This document shows positions 15,130-31,601 of a DNA stretch of 64,000 bases, one piece after another. Within the stretch, counting starts at the first letter, position 1. Every line of letters begins with the position of its first letter. A program made the translations under genes and the position numbers. The DNA is taken from positions 113,522,001 through 113,586,000 of the forward strand of contig OZ024742.1 in the NCBI GenBank assembly GCA_964016885.1, read 5' to 3'. The DNA is from Eledone cirrhosa (lineage: Eukaryota). Below the pieces are notes generated by a model that was given only the letters and a program-made list of their open reading frames with translations, ran no database searches and was not told where the DNA came from.

Positions 15130-16100
15130 ATCATACTAAACTCGGTGATGTTGTTGATATTCCCAATATCGGTGTTGGTAAATGTATTTTTGTTGTTCAC
15201 CATGTGATACTTTTGGTGATACTAACGCTGATAACGTTGGTAATGCCAGTAATTGGTGTGCTAATGTTCTTATTAATAACGGTATTAATGGGTTTCTTTG
15301 TTGAAGATATATTTATTATTATTGTTGAAAATGAAAATGAGGATAATGTTGATTATGCAGTTGATGAAGTATGATACAATGAAGTACATGGTCACAACGA
15401 AGACGACGATGATGAAATTAAATTTAAATATGATGGCCACTATAATGTTGTTGCTGATGATGATGGCCATCGTGATCATGGTGGTGATAATATTGATCAA
15501 TACGGTGATCAGTTTGACGACGTTGTTGAAAACGATGAGGAAAGCGATAGCGAGTAACTTAGAATGTGGGAGTAACCATGATGATGACTATGATGATGAC
15601 GCTGTTAATGAGACGGATGCTTATGATGTCCTTTACGTTGGTGACTGTGATACCGGAGGATTTGTGGAGGTTGAAATTTTACAGGGTTGGAGGAAGATGA
15701 TGATGAGGAAGATCAGATTACTGAGAGTGAGGATGATCAAGATTTTAATTTGGAATTAGCATTGTGTAAACTGATAAAATGTTGGCATTGGTGCTCTTAG
15801 TGGTGATTAGCGCAAATGTAGTTTTGATGGAGGTGGTGCTGATAGGGAAGATGGGGATGGTACATTTCATTGTTATGATGATTATGATGATGATATTATT
15901 GGCGTTGATGATTATGATTATAATGTTGATGATGCTGATTATTGTGGTGGTGGTGGTGGTGGTGGTGGTGATGATGATGATGATGATGATGATGATGACG
16001 ATGACGATGATGATGAGGAAAATGATGATGACGATGATGATGGTGGTGATGCTGTTGATGGTCATTAATATTGTTATGCTGATGATGGTAATGACATCGA
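15130..16100. repeat. Degenerate (GAT/GGT/TTG)n trinucleotide low-complexity tract
   Basis: Directly visible; gives poly-Met/His/Ile pseudo-ORFs. Confidence 0.9.
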
Positions 16101-16817
16101 TGATGAAGCATATACAATTTGTCATCGAGAAGACCTCCCCGAAACATCTAATTTGTGAGTGAAGTAGCAAGCAGTGCTGGTCAGCTGCACAAAGCAAAAT
16201 AATAGAAAAAAAAATGACCAAATTAATAGGTTTAGAAAATAACTTTCTGAATCAATAAAGAGTGTATTTATTTTTTACATTTTTTCTCGCTGCATTTGGT
16301 TGTTGCTTGTTTTGTAATTTCATTTTGTTTCTTTTTTTATGTGGGAGGCGGTAAGGAGTTTAATTTTATTATATTTTGTGCCAAGTCTGAAGCAGACTGA
16401 AACAGTGTAATGGCTATTGGCAGATATATTCTATATTTTATGACTATAATTTACAATTCGTCTTTCTTTAAAAGTGATCATGACTGGAACTGGGTAAATA
16501 CCAAACTTACTTCTGAGAGATATAATTGCAAAGAGGACCTTCAATTAAGAAAGGTATAATGCATTAAATACAGAAATATATAAAATATTTTGTAGAACAT
16601 ATTTATAGGATTTATACAGAACGATTTATATTCAGATATATTTCTATATTTCCCTTTGTTTATCTCTCTCTCTCTAGACGTGTGTGAGTTTGTGTCCGCT
16701 TGTGCGTATGCAATCATGTTGATCCCCAAGTATACGTTTGCCAGTGAATTCGATGTCTAGACATCCATGTCATCACCAGTGAATCCTCAAGATTACGTTC
16801 TAAATGTCCATCTAACA

Positions 16818-16897
<80 letters not shown>

Positions 16898-18003
16898 CTC
16901 TCTCTCCATCTCTCTCTGCCCCTCTCCCTCTGTCTCTCTATATCCCTCTGTTTGTCTCTCTCTCTGTTTCTTTCTCTCCCTCCCTCTTTGTCTCTCTCTA
17001 TTCATCGAAACTGGTAGTTATATTTGACAATCTGGTTGTAAAATTCACCTTTATTCGTTACTTAAATTTATTAAGTGCATTTTACCTTGAGTTTTAATTG
17101 TCTAATATATTAGAAGTTAAACACGGACGTACAAACACATACACACACACGCACACAACACACACATACGCAAGCACACACATACACGCACACATACGCA
17201 CGCACACATACACACACACACACATATATATACATATGTATGTGTGAATGTTCATGTGTGTAAGAGAGTATGCTTGTGTCTGTGTGCGTATGTATGTTTA
17301 CGTGTATATTTGTTAATAAATGTTTGTATTCCAGCAAATACGAGACAAGAAATCATTTGTGAATAGTTTGGGCAGTTTCTATCGGCGGATATTTCGAAGA
17401 GTTAATATCCAGCATTATATGATCTTAACTTTAACCTTGCACATTCTCAACTCCAGAGAATTTGAAATGATCTTTATTGTGTGTTTACCTATCTACGTTC
17501 TATATCTTTATATTCCCCCGTATGTTTGTTATATGTTGACTGAATGATCAACTGATTGATGTGATGTTAAAAGGCCATGTGTTTTATTTCATATAACATG
17601 AGACATGTGGCCCCTAGTGAAAGATGTGCTTCAAAGTAGATGCATTTCGATAATAAATTTCATCATATTCCTGAGGGGGAATGATTATTTCATATCATAA
17701 TGTGTGACATTTACTTTGGGACATGAGTCAATTATCCATTTATCAATATTTTTATATCAAATCAATTTGAGATATTTCTATCCAGATGGGAATAAAGAAA
17801 TGGTTTGAGAAATATTGGTATCATTATAAAGGAGAGTATCAAATTTGAATTAAAATGGATTACGATTCGGACTTAGCTGATCCTTTGTGATTTAAATATA
17901 TACAATGTTGAAATGACATACATACAGTTTTAATGTCAGTTAGTCTCCAATTTAGAGATAAAATGCACAGTTTCTTCGACGGATAATTACATATGTTGAT
18001 GCG

Positions 18004-18060
<57 letters not shown>

Positions 18061-18065
<5 letters not shown>

Positions 18066-18170
18066 AACGAGTAGGGCCCCGACGGCTAATTCTGGACTAA
18101 TTTTCTAATACCCTAAGTATTTTGGTGCGTTATGGTCCATCTGGTTCCTTACCACATTTCCTTCGTTATA
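18061..18170 (-). mobile_element. ~110-bp extremely truncated PLE insertion between (TA)n tracts, sharing both termini with 28454-30812
   Basis: Left end ataggaacgagtagggccccgacggct resembles 28454 ataggaaccagtaagaccccgacggct; right end tccttaccacatttccttcgttata is identical to 30788-30812. Confidence 0.65.
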
Positions 18171-18229
18171 TATATATATATATATACAGAGAGAGAGAGC
18201 GAGAGAGAGAGTGAGCATGCGAGAGAGAT

Positions 18230-18348
<119 letters not shown>

Positions 18349-19379
18349 TAGATAGAAAATGACCTATTTTTCTCCAGCCCTGTTTAATGGATATGGATAT
18401 TCCACTAGGTTTGGTTAAATGAAAAGAATTCGTAGAATTATTAGTAGTCAAATGGAAAGATATAAGGCATTTCTTTTATATTGTGCACCAGGAGATTATA
18501 AGCCCTCCTGTTAAACCCTTTATTCAATTCGTTCGTCAGTCTGTATACATGTCTAAAACATCATCGGTCTCGTTCTCTCCCTCTCTGACATTCTCCCTAG
18601 TACCATATTATATCATCTTCAGCTTTCTCTCTTTGTCATTTGCTTAGTAAACGTACTGTGGAGAATGTTATACACTTCAACTGATCCATCAATTTCACCG
18701 GCTCCGATTCTACTGGTCACAAAACAGTATAACCAACATTCTCTACAGTGTAGAAATGTATCTAAAATAATCAGTTATGTATGTGGTACAAGTAGTATTG
18801 TCTTACTAGAAGCCTGATATGACTATAGGCAGTCGAATCTTCAAAAAATTCAACATTGAAAGGCAACACATTTCCGATGTACTAAAATCAACTATTAATG
18901 AAACTCTTTGAAGGGGAATTAGGAGAGGGACATTTTCTAAGCGCGGCATGAATAGTTGTGCATTTATCATCCACCATCAGTATAATCTCGCATTTTCTAT
19001 GTTCTCTAGTAGAAATAATTATTAGTAATCGTTTAGCCTATCAAACATGTTTGATTAATCATTATTCATCTATGCTAGAGATGGTTTGCGGAATTTAACC
19101 CTAATAGATTTACGGTAGTATCTACTAGAGGAAACTTTAATATTATATGGGTATATGTGTCCTATCAAATGTTACAATAGTATACATCGCTATGAACATG
19201 GTCAATTCATTCTTAGGACGCAACAATCGCAAGTAACTAGAGTTATATATACAGAAGTATAACAATTAATAACATCGATTTGAGACATTGCTAAACCAGG
19301 GCCTTACTTAAATAATATGAGCAAAATTACTAAAATAATATGAGCAACAATTGCTAGTTTATTTGTTAATTGAGGAAAA

Positions 19380-19900
19380 TTTGATTCTCTGTCGCATTCT
19401 GTTCCGATGAAGTAGATCAAATAGCATGGCCTACACTAGCCCGGATATTTTTTTGACTCAAAAAATATATGGCCATCAAATATTCGCCCAATGCGTAATC
19501 GAGATTCAATGCATTGGGTAAAATCAGTTTTTGGGTGCCGGCGTTCCTAAACCGCTCTAGGATCGGAATAAACTCCTGAGGTGGTGACCGTGATACCGCC
19601 AATAATCTGGTTGTCTATAATATAAATTGGGTTTCTGGACACTTAAGGCGGAGTATGAAGTGTGTTGAATTGTATTAGGGGAAGACAGAAAAAGAATCGT
19701 AGCAGAAAATTTGCTCTCAGTGAAATTGGAATTGAATCGATTTCGGAGAAGTGTCATGCGCTCTATTAGATATTACAGACATGGTTTTGTGTATGCAAAC
19801 ATCCTGGTCGGTGTTTGACGCGAGATCGATCTGCGAGCATGCTTGAACTTGTTGCGACCATTATTGTGACATTCCTTGAAAGGATGGGAACGGAGCTTTA
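19380..19900 (-). mobile_element. Possible ancient Gypsy-type LTR retrotransposon RT relic
   Basis: AVSRSPPQEFIPILERFRNAGTQKL..EYL..VGHAI resembles the post-YxDD region of Ty3/Gypsy RT; heavily mutated. Confidence 0.4.
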
Positions 19901-21481
19901 TTTGACATTCTTGTTTGGCTCAAACGATGCAGTATATTTACATAATTTACTATCAATTCCTCCGTTTTCGTAGACTATGTAGCCAGGACCCTGATTTCGA
20001 GACGTAGCCGCTTCACATGGCCACCCATTTCATCCACTGTGGATATCCGCCATTCTGATCCAAGCCACATTCGCCCACACTCGTGGAACTGACCGTATCA
20101 CAGTGCGACCACATCACCACCACACTCCCAACATCCACCTTTCTTTTCAACTTACCTACCTCCAGATCACCCTGTATCTCCGCCGACGTATTCTCCTTTG
20201 CTTCCGCACGCTCTCCTTTGACCCAGTCACTTACCGACATTTTCCAAATGCATATATCACTGCGTTTAAATGCGCCCGTAATCACCGCTACCTCCTTGTA
20301 CGTACCCGCCCCCCGTCTTATTCTCCTACTTCTCCACCTCGCTCTCATCTCAGTTCCCGTCCCCGCTGTATCACCTGTCCCTAACTTTCTAACCTCACCA
20401 CTTCCACAGGCACCAATATTTTATTCCGAATCCGCAACGCCTTCACCGGCATCTCCACCCATGTGGTCTATACTTTCTAGTGTTCCCTGTGCACGTCCTT
20501 ATAGATCGGAGAAAAAGGACACTTTTGGCTGACAGTTTTGCTGAACAATTGAGGGACATGCGACTCGGTATGGATAACCATGTTGCTCTTCATTTCCATT
20601 CCCCCGGTCTCTCTTCCCTTTATGTCTCAGTTTTTGGTGTTCTATTATATCGCGGATCACAGGCCTTCAGCACCATGAGAGAGTCTGATTTTACGCCTTG
20701 GCTCGAGTGTCCTCGATGGATACCACTAATCTGCCCAATTTCTATAATCTTACACTCATACGTTCGTGCTTATTTCTCTAATCCTTGTCTGCGTCACATT
20801 TACCGCTACCGTTGTCACACACGGGCACAACTTTCAGCACCTACGTTTCTATAGCTCTGTTATGGACAGCAACATACACTATTACAGCTTATACAGACCT
20901 ACAGAAAATGGGCACAGACTTCTATATTTACCTTCACACACACGCACACTCACAGACGCACACATACGCACACACATACACGCACCCACACAGACATACA
21001 CACACAAACACACACATTTGCTCACAGATTCGTACACACACACATATCCACTTAGCTTCGTTAGGACATATAATTGGTTCTACTTTGGGAACAAGGCCAG
21101 CAACAGACCCAGTGTATTACTGGTACGTCAGGACATATAGTAACACACACACACATAGGAACGTATTCACACGCGTATACGTATGAAACGTTTTCATTTT
21201 TCCGTTTCAGATAGACGTGTTCCTTCATCACCTTTTCAAAATATCATACACAACACTCCAGCATCAACACTTTTCCAACAGTTGACAACAAGAATGGAGT
21301 TGGTATTTTTCCTTAAAATTATTTTCCGCCCTGCCCCTTTCTTCAATCTTTCTATTTCTTCTTTAATTAAGTATTATTTCTTTTGATGAAGCACTAAATA
21401 TATTTGTTCATTGTAGTGTGTCATTTGCTTTGTTATTTCTCTTTGCATTTTGCATATGTGTGTATATTCATATATGTATAA

Positions 21482-21515
<34 letters not shown>

Positions 21516-24500
21516 GGGGGGTGCGTGGGTGCGTGTATGTGTATGTAAATATATACGTTAGCATATAAATGTTTTAAAATATCTACCAATGTATATATAA
21601 ACAAAACAGAGAGAGAGACAGGGAGATCTGAAATTCTGCATACCTGTTTTATACACATAGACAAACCATCAGTGTGTAGCAGTCAAACGAACATTTATAT
21701 ATCCATGCAAGTAATCAAACAAACCACTAAAGATGAAATGAAGATATGTTGTACCAGCCGCACCATTCAGTGACCTCACTGAATAACCTATTGCACGTAT
21801 CTCAATACAGGATTTCGCCGGATTGCATCATGAGAAATACATAATACGGTTGTTGTGAAGTTTGACAACTATAATAAATTATTCCTATGCGAGTCTTAAA
21901 TCCACAGTCGTAGATGGTTTGCTGAATATCAGCATTTGCTATGTTTTACTGTTTTCTCATGCAATAAAATATTAATTTTCAGAACATAATTATCCATGTC
22001 TTAAAAGTATGAAGACATTTTCTATTTTGTAAACTTTCAGATCATTCCTAGTTCCGTTGCTCTAAGTATATATGTGATTTTAATTGCTACATTATGCAAA
22101 ACAAAGTATGAACATTTAATCTGACACTTTAAATTCATTTTCTTCTAGTCTAGTTAATTGTTAATTGTTTATTGTGTTTGTATTTAAAAGTCTCAAATAA
22201 CGACTGTGCAATAATTTTCTAAAATAGAAAAAAAAACATTAACTGAATACAATAGTACATTAATCAAAGAAACACACGTTTTGCCAAGATCTAATAATAT
22301 TTTAACACATTAATAATAAGAGAAGAATATCCCCTGCAAGTTTCGTCTCATGTGTTACGAATGAACTTCAGCATCACGTTTGACCGCAACAATAATGAAG
22401 TACATTTTACATTATTTGGATCCTTTTTCTGGGAATATATACTGGTGTGGCGTCCAATTTATTCTGCCTTATCATCAGAGGAACCAACATATTGAAACAT
22501 GGTAGAGATAGTCTCTAAAGAAGAGGATTGGTGTGATTGCACCTATCATTTAAATAGCCGATGCGCGTCTGAATGAAAATGTCATTCAGAATAGAAATGC
22601 ATGTGGAATACTCTATGTTATTTCAATGAGATATACATTATTTAAGTGAAAGATTGAACATCTCTCGTTGAAACAGACGGAAAACCATCAACTTCTAATG
22701 ATTTTGTTTGCTGCGCAAACTGTGTTTCGTGTTGAAAAGAAATCAATGTGTAAACACATGAGTGTCATAATACATTTGAATACTCTACTCCTATGTACGC
22801 TGGTTGTTCATTTTAACATGCAGGGAAAATGCGAGGGAAAATCAATAAATGTTAACATCTTCTACACAAAGCCAAACTTTGTGTAGAAATTAACTGAACA
22901 ATCTTCACAAGATTGAAAACATGAAGAATTCATTTCTATTTCATTTTGAAATCGAAGATACGAAGTGTTCAGAATTATATGATATGACATGCATAAATCC
23001 CTCATTAATTATGCTTAGATATTCTCCTTTCAGGTATTTCTCAATGATTAAATGAAGCATGTTCTGAAACATCATGTAATATCGATTGCAATGCCGAAAG
23101 AACCTATGGATATGTCACCTAAATATATATTATTCAAATAAAATGCCTCAAAATGTAAGAAATATATTCAATCAATTGCCTTAACAATAGTTTTACCTGA
23201 CAAACTATAATTAAAAGGAAATACAATGATAATATCAGTAAAACGGCTGATGGGAAATAAAAGGGAATATCTCTAAAATGGCTGATGGGAAATGAAATAA
23301 AGAATGGATTTTACTTTTCACTGAGTAATTTCTTCAATATATCTGTTTTAAATGATATAAAATCTGCAAGCAGAAAAAATTAATTTTCCGCTTAGGAAGT
23401 TTATTATTCTCGGAAGTATTATAAAAGTTCCACCATTAGAACAATTAAAAAAAAAAAATAAATAAATAAATAAAAATAAACAACAAATCATTCTGATAGT
23501 TGTATTTAAAACATCAGTTGAAGATGTGTTTTGCGTTTCGTGACGAATTTATGCCACTGTACTCAAAAGGTTTAAACGAAAGGAAGGTGGAAAATATAGA
23601 ATGTTTTCCATGAAGTTTGAATATTTTGGTGTTCATATAGTTGTGACACACTGGTGCGTATAAAACACAATCATATATATGTTATATACAAACATATAAT
23701 CAACATTACCATTCTAATATTGTCATAATTAGAAATTATACGTTATAAATATGAAATGTATCATTTGTGACAGCCAGGAGAGTATTGACTATAAATGATT
23801 CTTATAGTTACCATAGGGAATACACAATGTAAGGGCAAACAATATACAACTATTCCATACATACATACCCTAGTTGAAAATATATATCAATGGCAGTTTT
23901 TATAATAAAAAGCTGCATAGTTACAATATTTCGTGTCAATTGGTGGTGGATTGTGTGTTGATTTAGACATTAAGTATACAATTGTTACATTAACTGAATG
24001 TCTACTAAAGAAATTAACCTGTGAGAAGTTGAGTATTCCACTGACACATATTTCGTTGAAGTTGTTCTCGTAAAGTAAAGTAACGAAGCTTGATAAGGAG
24101 GTACAGTTCAATGTAAAGACACTTAAATAGATGCAGAGCGGTGAATAGTTCACCAATGATTTGTAAAGTATGTATCACACCCACAACAACAGAAAAATAA
24201 AAATATATACTCTATTCGAATGCACAAATGTGTGATTTTATTTTTCAGATACTATCGTGCATTATATTTATTTTAATTGACAAATCACTGGTTCACTCGA
24301 CAACAGAAGCTTGATGAACTGGTGAAGTTGTATTTTCAGGAGGCCAGAAACAATTTAAACAAGCGTGTAGGTATTCGAATGCACAAATGTGTGATTTTAT
24401 TCTGATACAATATAAAGAGTTTGTTGTTTATAAATTTTGGACTATTCAATACAAAGTATTAATTTTGTAAGGGAATTTTATACTAATCTCTTGGTATTTA

Positions 24501-24699
24501 TATTCATTCTAAAACATTTTAATCTATAGGGGTATGTTACCCGATTTTCATAACAATCCGCTCTGTTTATAGTTATTTTCAACGTTTTATATTTTCTATA
24601 TATGCTAAGAATTTCAATTTGTTCAAAGCAAAGTGATTCCTTAACAAATATTGTTACATTTAAATCTGATTACTTAGCTTATATGTAGACGGAAATATC

Positions 24700-24790
24700 T
24701 GGCAAGGTAGTTTAGCTCAGTTGTGCAGAGTGCTCAGCCTGTGTGTGTAAGGTTCAGACTTTTATTTTCACGCGAAGCTGCTGGCCACGT
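24700..24790 (+). mobile_element. Possible decayed tRNA-derived SINE head
   Basis: tagctcagttgtgcagagtgctc...ggttcaga resembles A-box and B-box spacing; does not fold as a complete tRNA. Confidence 0.3.
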
Positions 24791-26339
24791 ATTCAGTCTA
24801 TGGAAATGGTATTTATTCTCTTCACTTAAGTTATTATTTAAGCTGATTCTGTTTCAAGGTCCTCGTCATAGAGGTTGAAGCCAGAGGCTTGTAGGCAAAT
24901 ATATCTACAATCTCATGAAACACCTCGGGGACGACGATGACCAAAGCCCTAAAGACAATATCAGAAGCAACGAAAATGAGTTTTAGCTGTATCTGGTCGA
25001 GGAGGAACAAAAATGACATCCATACCAGTCGAGAAGCATTGCGTGTGTATATTAACGCATGCGAAAGGAAGTATTGTGAGTAAATTATCGTTTGTAGTGT
25101 TGGCGGTGACACAGGCGTTAATGTTGATGCCTCACCTGTACCATGAATATCAACGTTATTTTTCCAAACTATAGAAAGCGTTTAAATATACGTTTGACTG
25201 CAGAGGCAAGGGAGATATCCACATGTTTCTGATATCCAAATGACTAAATATCATCAGAAGGGCATCTGCTGAAAAGAGTGTTGTGGAATTCGGCCTAACC
25301 ATAGCTACAATCTATCACTTCGGACTCGGATGGGTAGGTCTCGAATCATTGGAGCTTTAGAGCTGGGATGATTTGCCGAAGGTTTTCAAATACTGACTCA
25401 GTCGATCCACCCAGGGACACGTAGTCGAAGTACCAGGCATTGAAGGGGGACCGGGCAACGTCGTTGACTGGAGCGCAAAGTGGACGGAGTCGTGTGGCCC
25501 TCTAGCTGGAACCCCGTAGTGGAAGTGACCTTGTTGTCGGCGGTCTTAGACGTGTCTCTCTACGTGATCCCAGCTAACGCTGTTTAAAGCTTCACTAGCT
25601 GGGGTTACGAAGAAGACACAAATAAGACGACATATCTGGCAGCATGAGCCGCAGCCGCACATCCAGGCTTCACTGGATAGGGATTTGGCTGAGCTGCAAG
25701 CTATCTTGGCTGTGAGTCATCAGAGACGTTGCCCACTGCGATGGGACAGACGCCTCCAACATTCATCGTCAAAGCGATCAGAATGGCTGGGAAGTAAAGA
25801 TAGTTGTCTACTCTTGTGTCAGTAACATAACATCACCAAGAAACACATGTTTTGAAAATGTTCCTATATGTGTAACTATGAATACGATTTAATGCGAGTC
25901 ACAAGTACATCGAGCCTAGAGATAAAGGACGAAGATCAGTATCATTAAAAGTCATGGTATATAATAAACTGGACTGATTTCAGCCGTCAGATTATAATTT
26001 GCTTTTATACAGCATTTGCAAGTAAATAAGCCTTACTTCATTAGAATATATTATCTGTTGTAGGGAAGTGATGTACCCGCGCTTGTCCCTTCCACCACAA
26101 CAAGCAAATAGTCGTGGACGCAAGCACGGGATGCGATGATGTTGATTTACGATCAATTAACCCTCTGAAATATTCAGATATCAATGAAGTACTTACCTTT
26201 TTCTGAATTTTCTCATATTTTGATTGTTCAATGCACACACACACACACGCACAAACATCTACCCCCACACACAGACACACACGCATGCACACACACACAC
26301 GTGCTTACAGACACACACGTGCTTACAGACACACACGTG

Positions 26340-26415
<76 letters not shown>

Positions 26416-27232
26416 TGTTTGTGTGTGTGCGTGTGCATGTGTATGTGTGTGTGAGCGTGTGTATTAAAACTGCCTCTTTCTTAATGAAAAAGTAGTCCGA
26501 ATCATCATCACAAAACAAATTTCTTGATTTCCTTAGTGGCTAAATATGATTCTGCTAAAATCGTCATATTGTTGCGTTCATGTACGCCAGACTTAACATT
26601 TCCATTAATCAAGTAACACTCGCTCTACTGCATATCCACAGCATTCATTTTGGTTTTCACTTCTTTTAGTACATGTTACCCCATCATATTCTAATTCTAT
26701 TAAGGAAGTAATTCCATTTGTTTGGCAAGTTGAATATTTGTTGATGTTTGACCACTTTTTTGCCGTTTCCTTTCATTTTTGAAATCTATATGTAATGCTA
26801 TTAGGCTTATTGTTTTGCTTTTTAGTTTTCTGTGCAGTTGTTTAAATTTCTACATGAAATTCAAGACAGAAAATCGTGTTTGAGCTATTATAACTCATAA
26901 AGAAATTTTCAGCATAGGAAAATTGTGCCATGACACTTGACACCAGAGAGCTTAGTGTTAAGGAAGGTGTTGAAAATATGGAATTACCGAAATCCAATTC
27001 AAATCACGATCAAATATGAGCAATTATATCAATTTGAAACCATGAGATGTGAGAAAAATTTCTAGACATTTAAAGTAAGAAACATGAAGTAATTAATGAC
27101 TTGTAGCAGTGGCAAAATAAAAGGTTTGCGCAAGAGAGTCTCAGAATAAGGATGTGAAAAATATTTTAGCAGCTGTATTGAATGGGAAAGGAATTATATG
27201 TGATGTCAGGAGCGTTGCCTCGCTATGAAGGA

Positions 27233-28262
<1,030 letters not shown>

Positions 28263-28305
28263 ATATAAAACACACATATGCATATATACATATATATACA
28301 CGCAC

Positions 28306-28336
<31 letters not shown>

Positions 28337-28416
28337 CATACATATATATATATACACACACACACATACACATATATACATGTATATACAGATATATACA
28401 CATGTACACACACACA

Positions 28417-28453
<37 letters not shown>

Positions 28454-28458
<5 letters not shown>

Positions 28459-30812
28459 AACCAGTAAGACCCCGACGGCTGAGATCAAGCCGTAAGGGGT
28501 AATTCCATATATGGTCAAAGTGATTGTCAAAAGTCAGTAGTAATTCTGTGATTGCAAATTAGTAGGGGAGATGGTGGCTAAACCTGCCAGTAGGAGAAAG
28601 AGTGGAGGGGGTGGAGTAGACCCAATCAAGCGTTGGTAGTGCCAGCTACAGCTGGGCATGAGGTCAAAGAAGATACTGGGGAAGGGGAGGGGGAGGAAGT
28701 CGGAACGGTAGGTAGAACAATGAGGGGTAAAAATATATATGTAAGAAAAAATGCTGAGAGTGAAGAAAAGCGAATAAGTGTAAAGAAAAAAGTAAAGCAA
28801 GTTCTACGACCTAAGTCTCTAGCTATTGTTAGGCTAGATAAATAAATAAAGAAAGAAAGAAAGAAGTAAAGAAAGAAATAAAGAAATAACGAAATAAGTA
28901 GATGAACTAGGTGGGACGGAATAGGCAAGGACACTTTTAAGAGGTATACGTACGTAAATCATACGGTGACACGTCAACAAATGGGGCCAAAATACTAAAG
29001 AGACTACAACGAAATAAATAATAAAGGTTTCTATCCCAGGCACAATGCCAGCAACCACCCAGTGCAGCAAAGTAAACTAGTACGAGATAATAATTCTGAG
29101 TCCCGAAAAAAATATATACTAATGCTAACTCTAAAAGATCTTAAACAAGCTACAAGAAAGTTCGTACGAAGTAAAGGTAGAATACGGAAAAATAGATTCA
29201 GAATCCACCCCGCCCAAAAGAAAAGCGAAGAAAGAAATACTGAAACGAGAAAATAAGGCATAGTGCCACTAAGAAATATAGAAGGCACGGAAAATAGTGG
29301 GAGCGGTCGGAAAAAGGGGGCAAGTATCCGGGGTCTAAACCAACTGCTATAAAAAGCGGAGTCCGCCAAATCTATCATAGACTAGGGGAAGGGGTGGGGG
29401 TACTAAGGCTACAAGGGGCCAAAGGGCAGCCTCGAGTGGGCTAGAAAAGACGCCGACAAAGAAGAAGAGCTGGGGTAGAAGGACTAAGGAGGGATGGGGC
29501 GAAGGAATTAAAGGAAGCGATAAAAGAATATAAAGAAGATCTTACGTCTCCCTTGGCAAGCAGGGGTTACCCATTGCAACATCGGCAAGTGGGGTGCTAT
29601 AGCCCTAGTCTACCCCCCGGGTCATTATGGGGTTTGAGGGCGAGGTAAGTCCTACGCAATCTATGTTTACATGCAGTAACCAGTTCATCTTTCTTGTTTA
29701 GGAGTTGGTCCGTCGAAAACAGCATTTGTAAAGCTTCCTCCGAGCATAAATTGCACGGACGGCGTCCTCCCGTGTAAGAATTGGCTCTGGACAGTAATCT
29801 CCAAGTGAGATCATAGGTGATGTTGTTGTCCTTGAGGTCCCATATGTGGCCCGAAAGTGTAGTGGCGTGACGCCGGGCCGGGTTTCGGAAGGCTATGTCT
29901 ATGTTGGTATAGCCGGGTCTTGAAGTCACATGCGGTAAGTCCTATATAAGCTTTGTTGGAGGTATCCGTCCTCACGTTGCACTGGTAGATCACATTACGG
30001 TTTCTGCATCTATTGTCGAGTGGGCAAATGGATCTATCCGGACAGTTACACCACCTGGTCGGTTCTCCACTGCTATTTAGGATATTTCTGCCATCGGGGT
30101 TGAGTTTTTTGTTGTTAGAGGAGACGATGTTTTGTGCGAAGTTTGGTGTAGTGCTGTAAGAGAGTTTGATGGTATTTTTATTAATTATGCTGTGGTAGCG
30201 GTGTTGTAGTGGGAAGTGTTTTTCAATGAGCCTAAAGAATAGTTTCCCGATGGGAGTTGTCACCTCTGCGTTGTGGGGAGGATTGAACCATGTTACATTG
30301 CGTGAGCGGCGGTGTCTCGTGCTGGTTCTGCTAATGGGAGCTGGACAGTTGGATATTTCCAACCGGAAACCACTCCGCTTGAGGGTCTGGTTGTAATAAG
30401 GCGGATGTTCATCGAATATCCGCTCATTAGCTGACAAACGGGATATGCAGAGGGAGATGTTTTTGACCAGGTTGTTTGTAATGTTCCTAGGATGGTTTGA
30501 TCGGCAGTGGATGTAGTGCAGGTTGTCATTAGGTTTCCTGTATGGGTAGTGCATGTCGTGTTCGAGGTTGAGGGCCACGTCCAGGAAGTTTCCTTGGGTC
30601 AGGGACGTTTGTAGGGTTATTTTAAATCCCCAGTCGTGGAAGAAGCTGATTAATTGTTTCCGAACCCGTTCTGTACTACTGGGGTTTAACCCTTTCAGGG
30701 TAAGTAGCCCATCATCACGGTACAATCCACCACCGAATGCAGGAAACATATCAGTGAGTTTGGCTATTAGGAATAATCCTATAAGATCCTTACCACATTT
30801 CCTTCGTTATAT
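28454..30812 (-). mobile_element. 5'-truncated Penelope-like element with ~1.1-kb 3' non-coding region, flanked by (TA)n
   Basis: RT and GIY-YIG coding region at 29597-30790; both ends abut TA repeats. Confidence 0.9.
29597..30790 (-). pseudogene. PLE RT (C-terminal half) + CxC linker + GIY-YIG endonuclease, one frameshift
   Basis: DLIGLFLI..GGGLYRDDGL, NFLDVALNL, SNHP, WFNPP, CNCPDRSICPLDNRC, VIYQC..AYIGLT..FKTR, then in a shifted frame LSGHIWDLK..CNLCSEE..LLNKKDELVTACKH. Confidence 0.9.
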
Positions 30813-30819
30813 ATATATG

Positions 30820-31390
30820 GTGGCTGCCAACTCGATTTCGAGTACGGCCACTTTTTTATATCCATGTAGGAGAACACCCACCGATGCGCTGACTTTTTAG
30901 TCCAGCCAGCGACTTGAAAACTCTGGTACAAACACTGACAATTATTGACAAATAGTGCTGGGCGCATGGTACCATGTGATGACAAGTGCAGAGAGATCTC
31001 CAGATATAAAGCAATGCCTGTGCCGTGAAGCTTTTATAGTGAGCAAAGGCATTGCACAAAGCCAGTCCCACTCTCTTAACCAAATGATATTTACCAAAAG
31101 AAGAACAAGTCAACATCATTGGATACCAGCAGGGTTGCAGGTGTTATGTCAGAGTTTTCCTTATCCTAGAATTCTGCCTTGACAAAGGCTAAGGGGTCAT
31201 CTCTCCCAGTGATTTTGGATGGCCATTGACTCTTAAGAGCTCCTTTGCTCATTGACAGGTTTTGTTTTTAGTCCTGCAGGATGTCCAAAGTCACCCTCCT
31301 CACCAAGAAACCTTGGTGGGGTGGCCAGTTTAGTCAACAACGACCCTACCATGAGACGGTATGTACTGGAATACATGTTACCAGTAACAC
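30820..31390 (-). mobile_element. Probable RTE-type LINE 5' UTR or derived SINE fragment
   Basis: rc contains ttagcctttgtcaaggcagaattctaggataaggaaaactctga, resembling a motif recalled from RTE 5' UTRs; GC-richer block between TA tracts. Confidence 0.35.
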
Positions 31391-31524
31391 CTGGAAATGT
31401 ATATGTATGTATATGTATTGTGTATATGTATGTATATGTGTATGTGTGTATGTATGTATATATATATATACATACACCCATACACATATACATACATATA
31501 CACACATATACACACATACATGCT

Positions 31525-31601
<77 letters not shown>

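Noticed and set aside
20013-20854. Overlapping 90-150 aa ORFs in a CT-rich island
   Set aside because: Open on both strands because of base composition; no recognisable domain
24212-24402. 30-bp direct repeat (tattcgaatgcacaaatgtgtgattttatt) flanking an AG..GT exon-like segment
   Set aside because: Only two copies, no recognisable peptide or partner exons; not a CRISPR array
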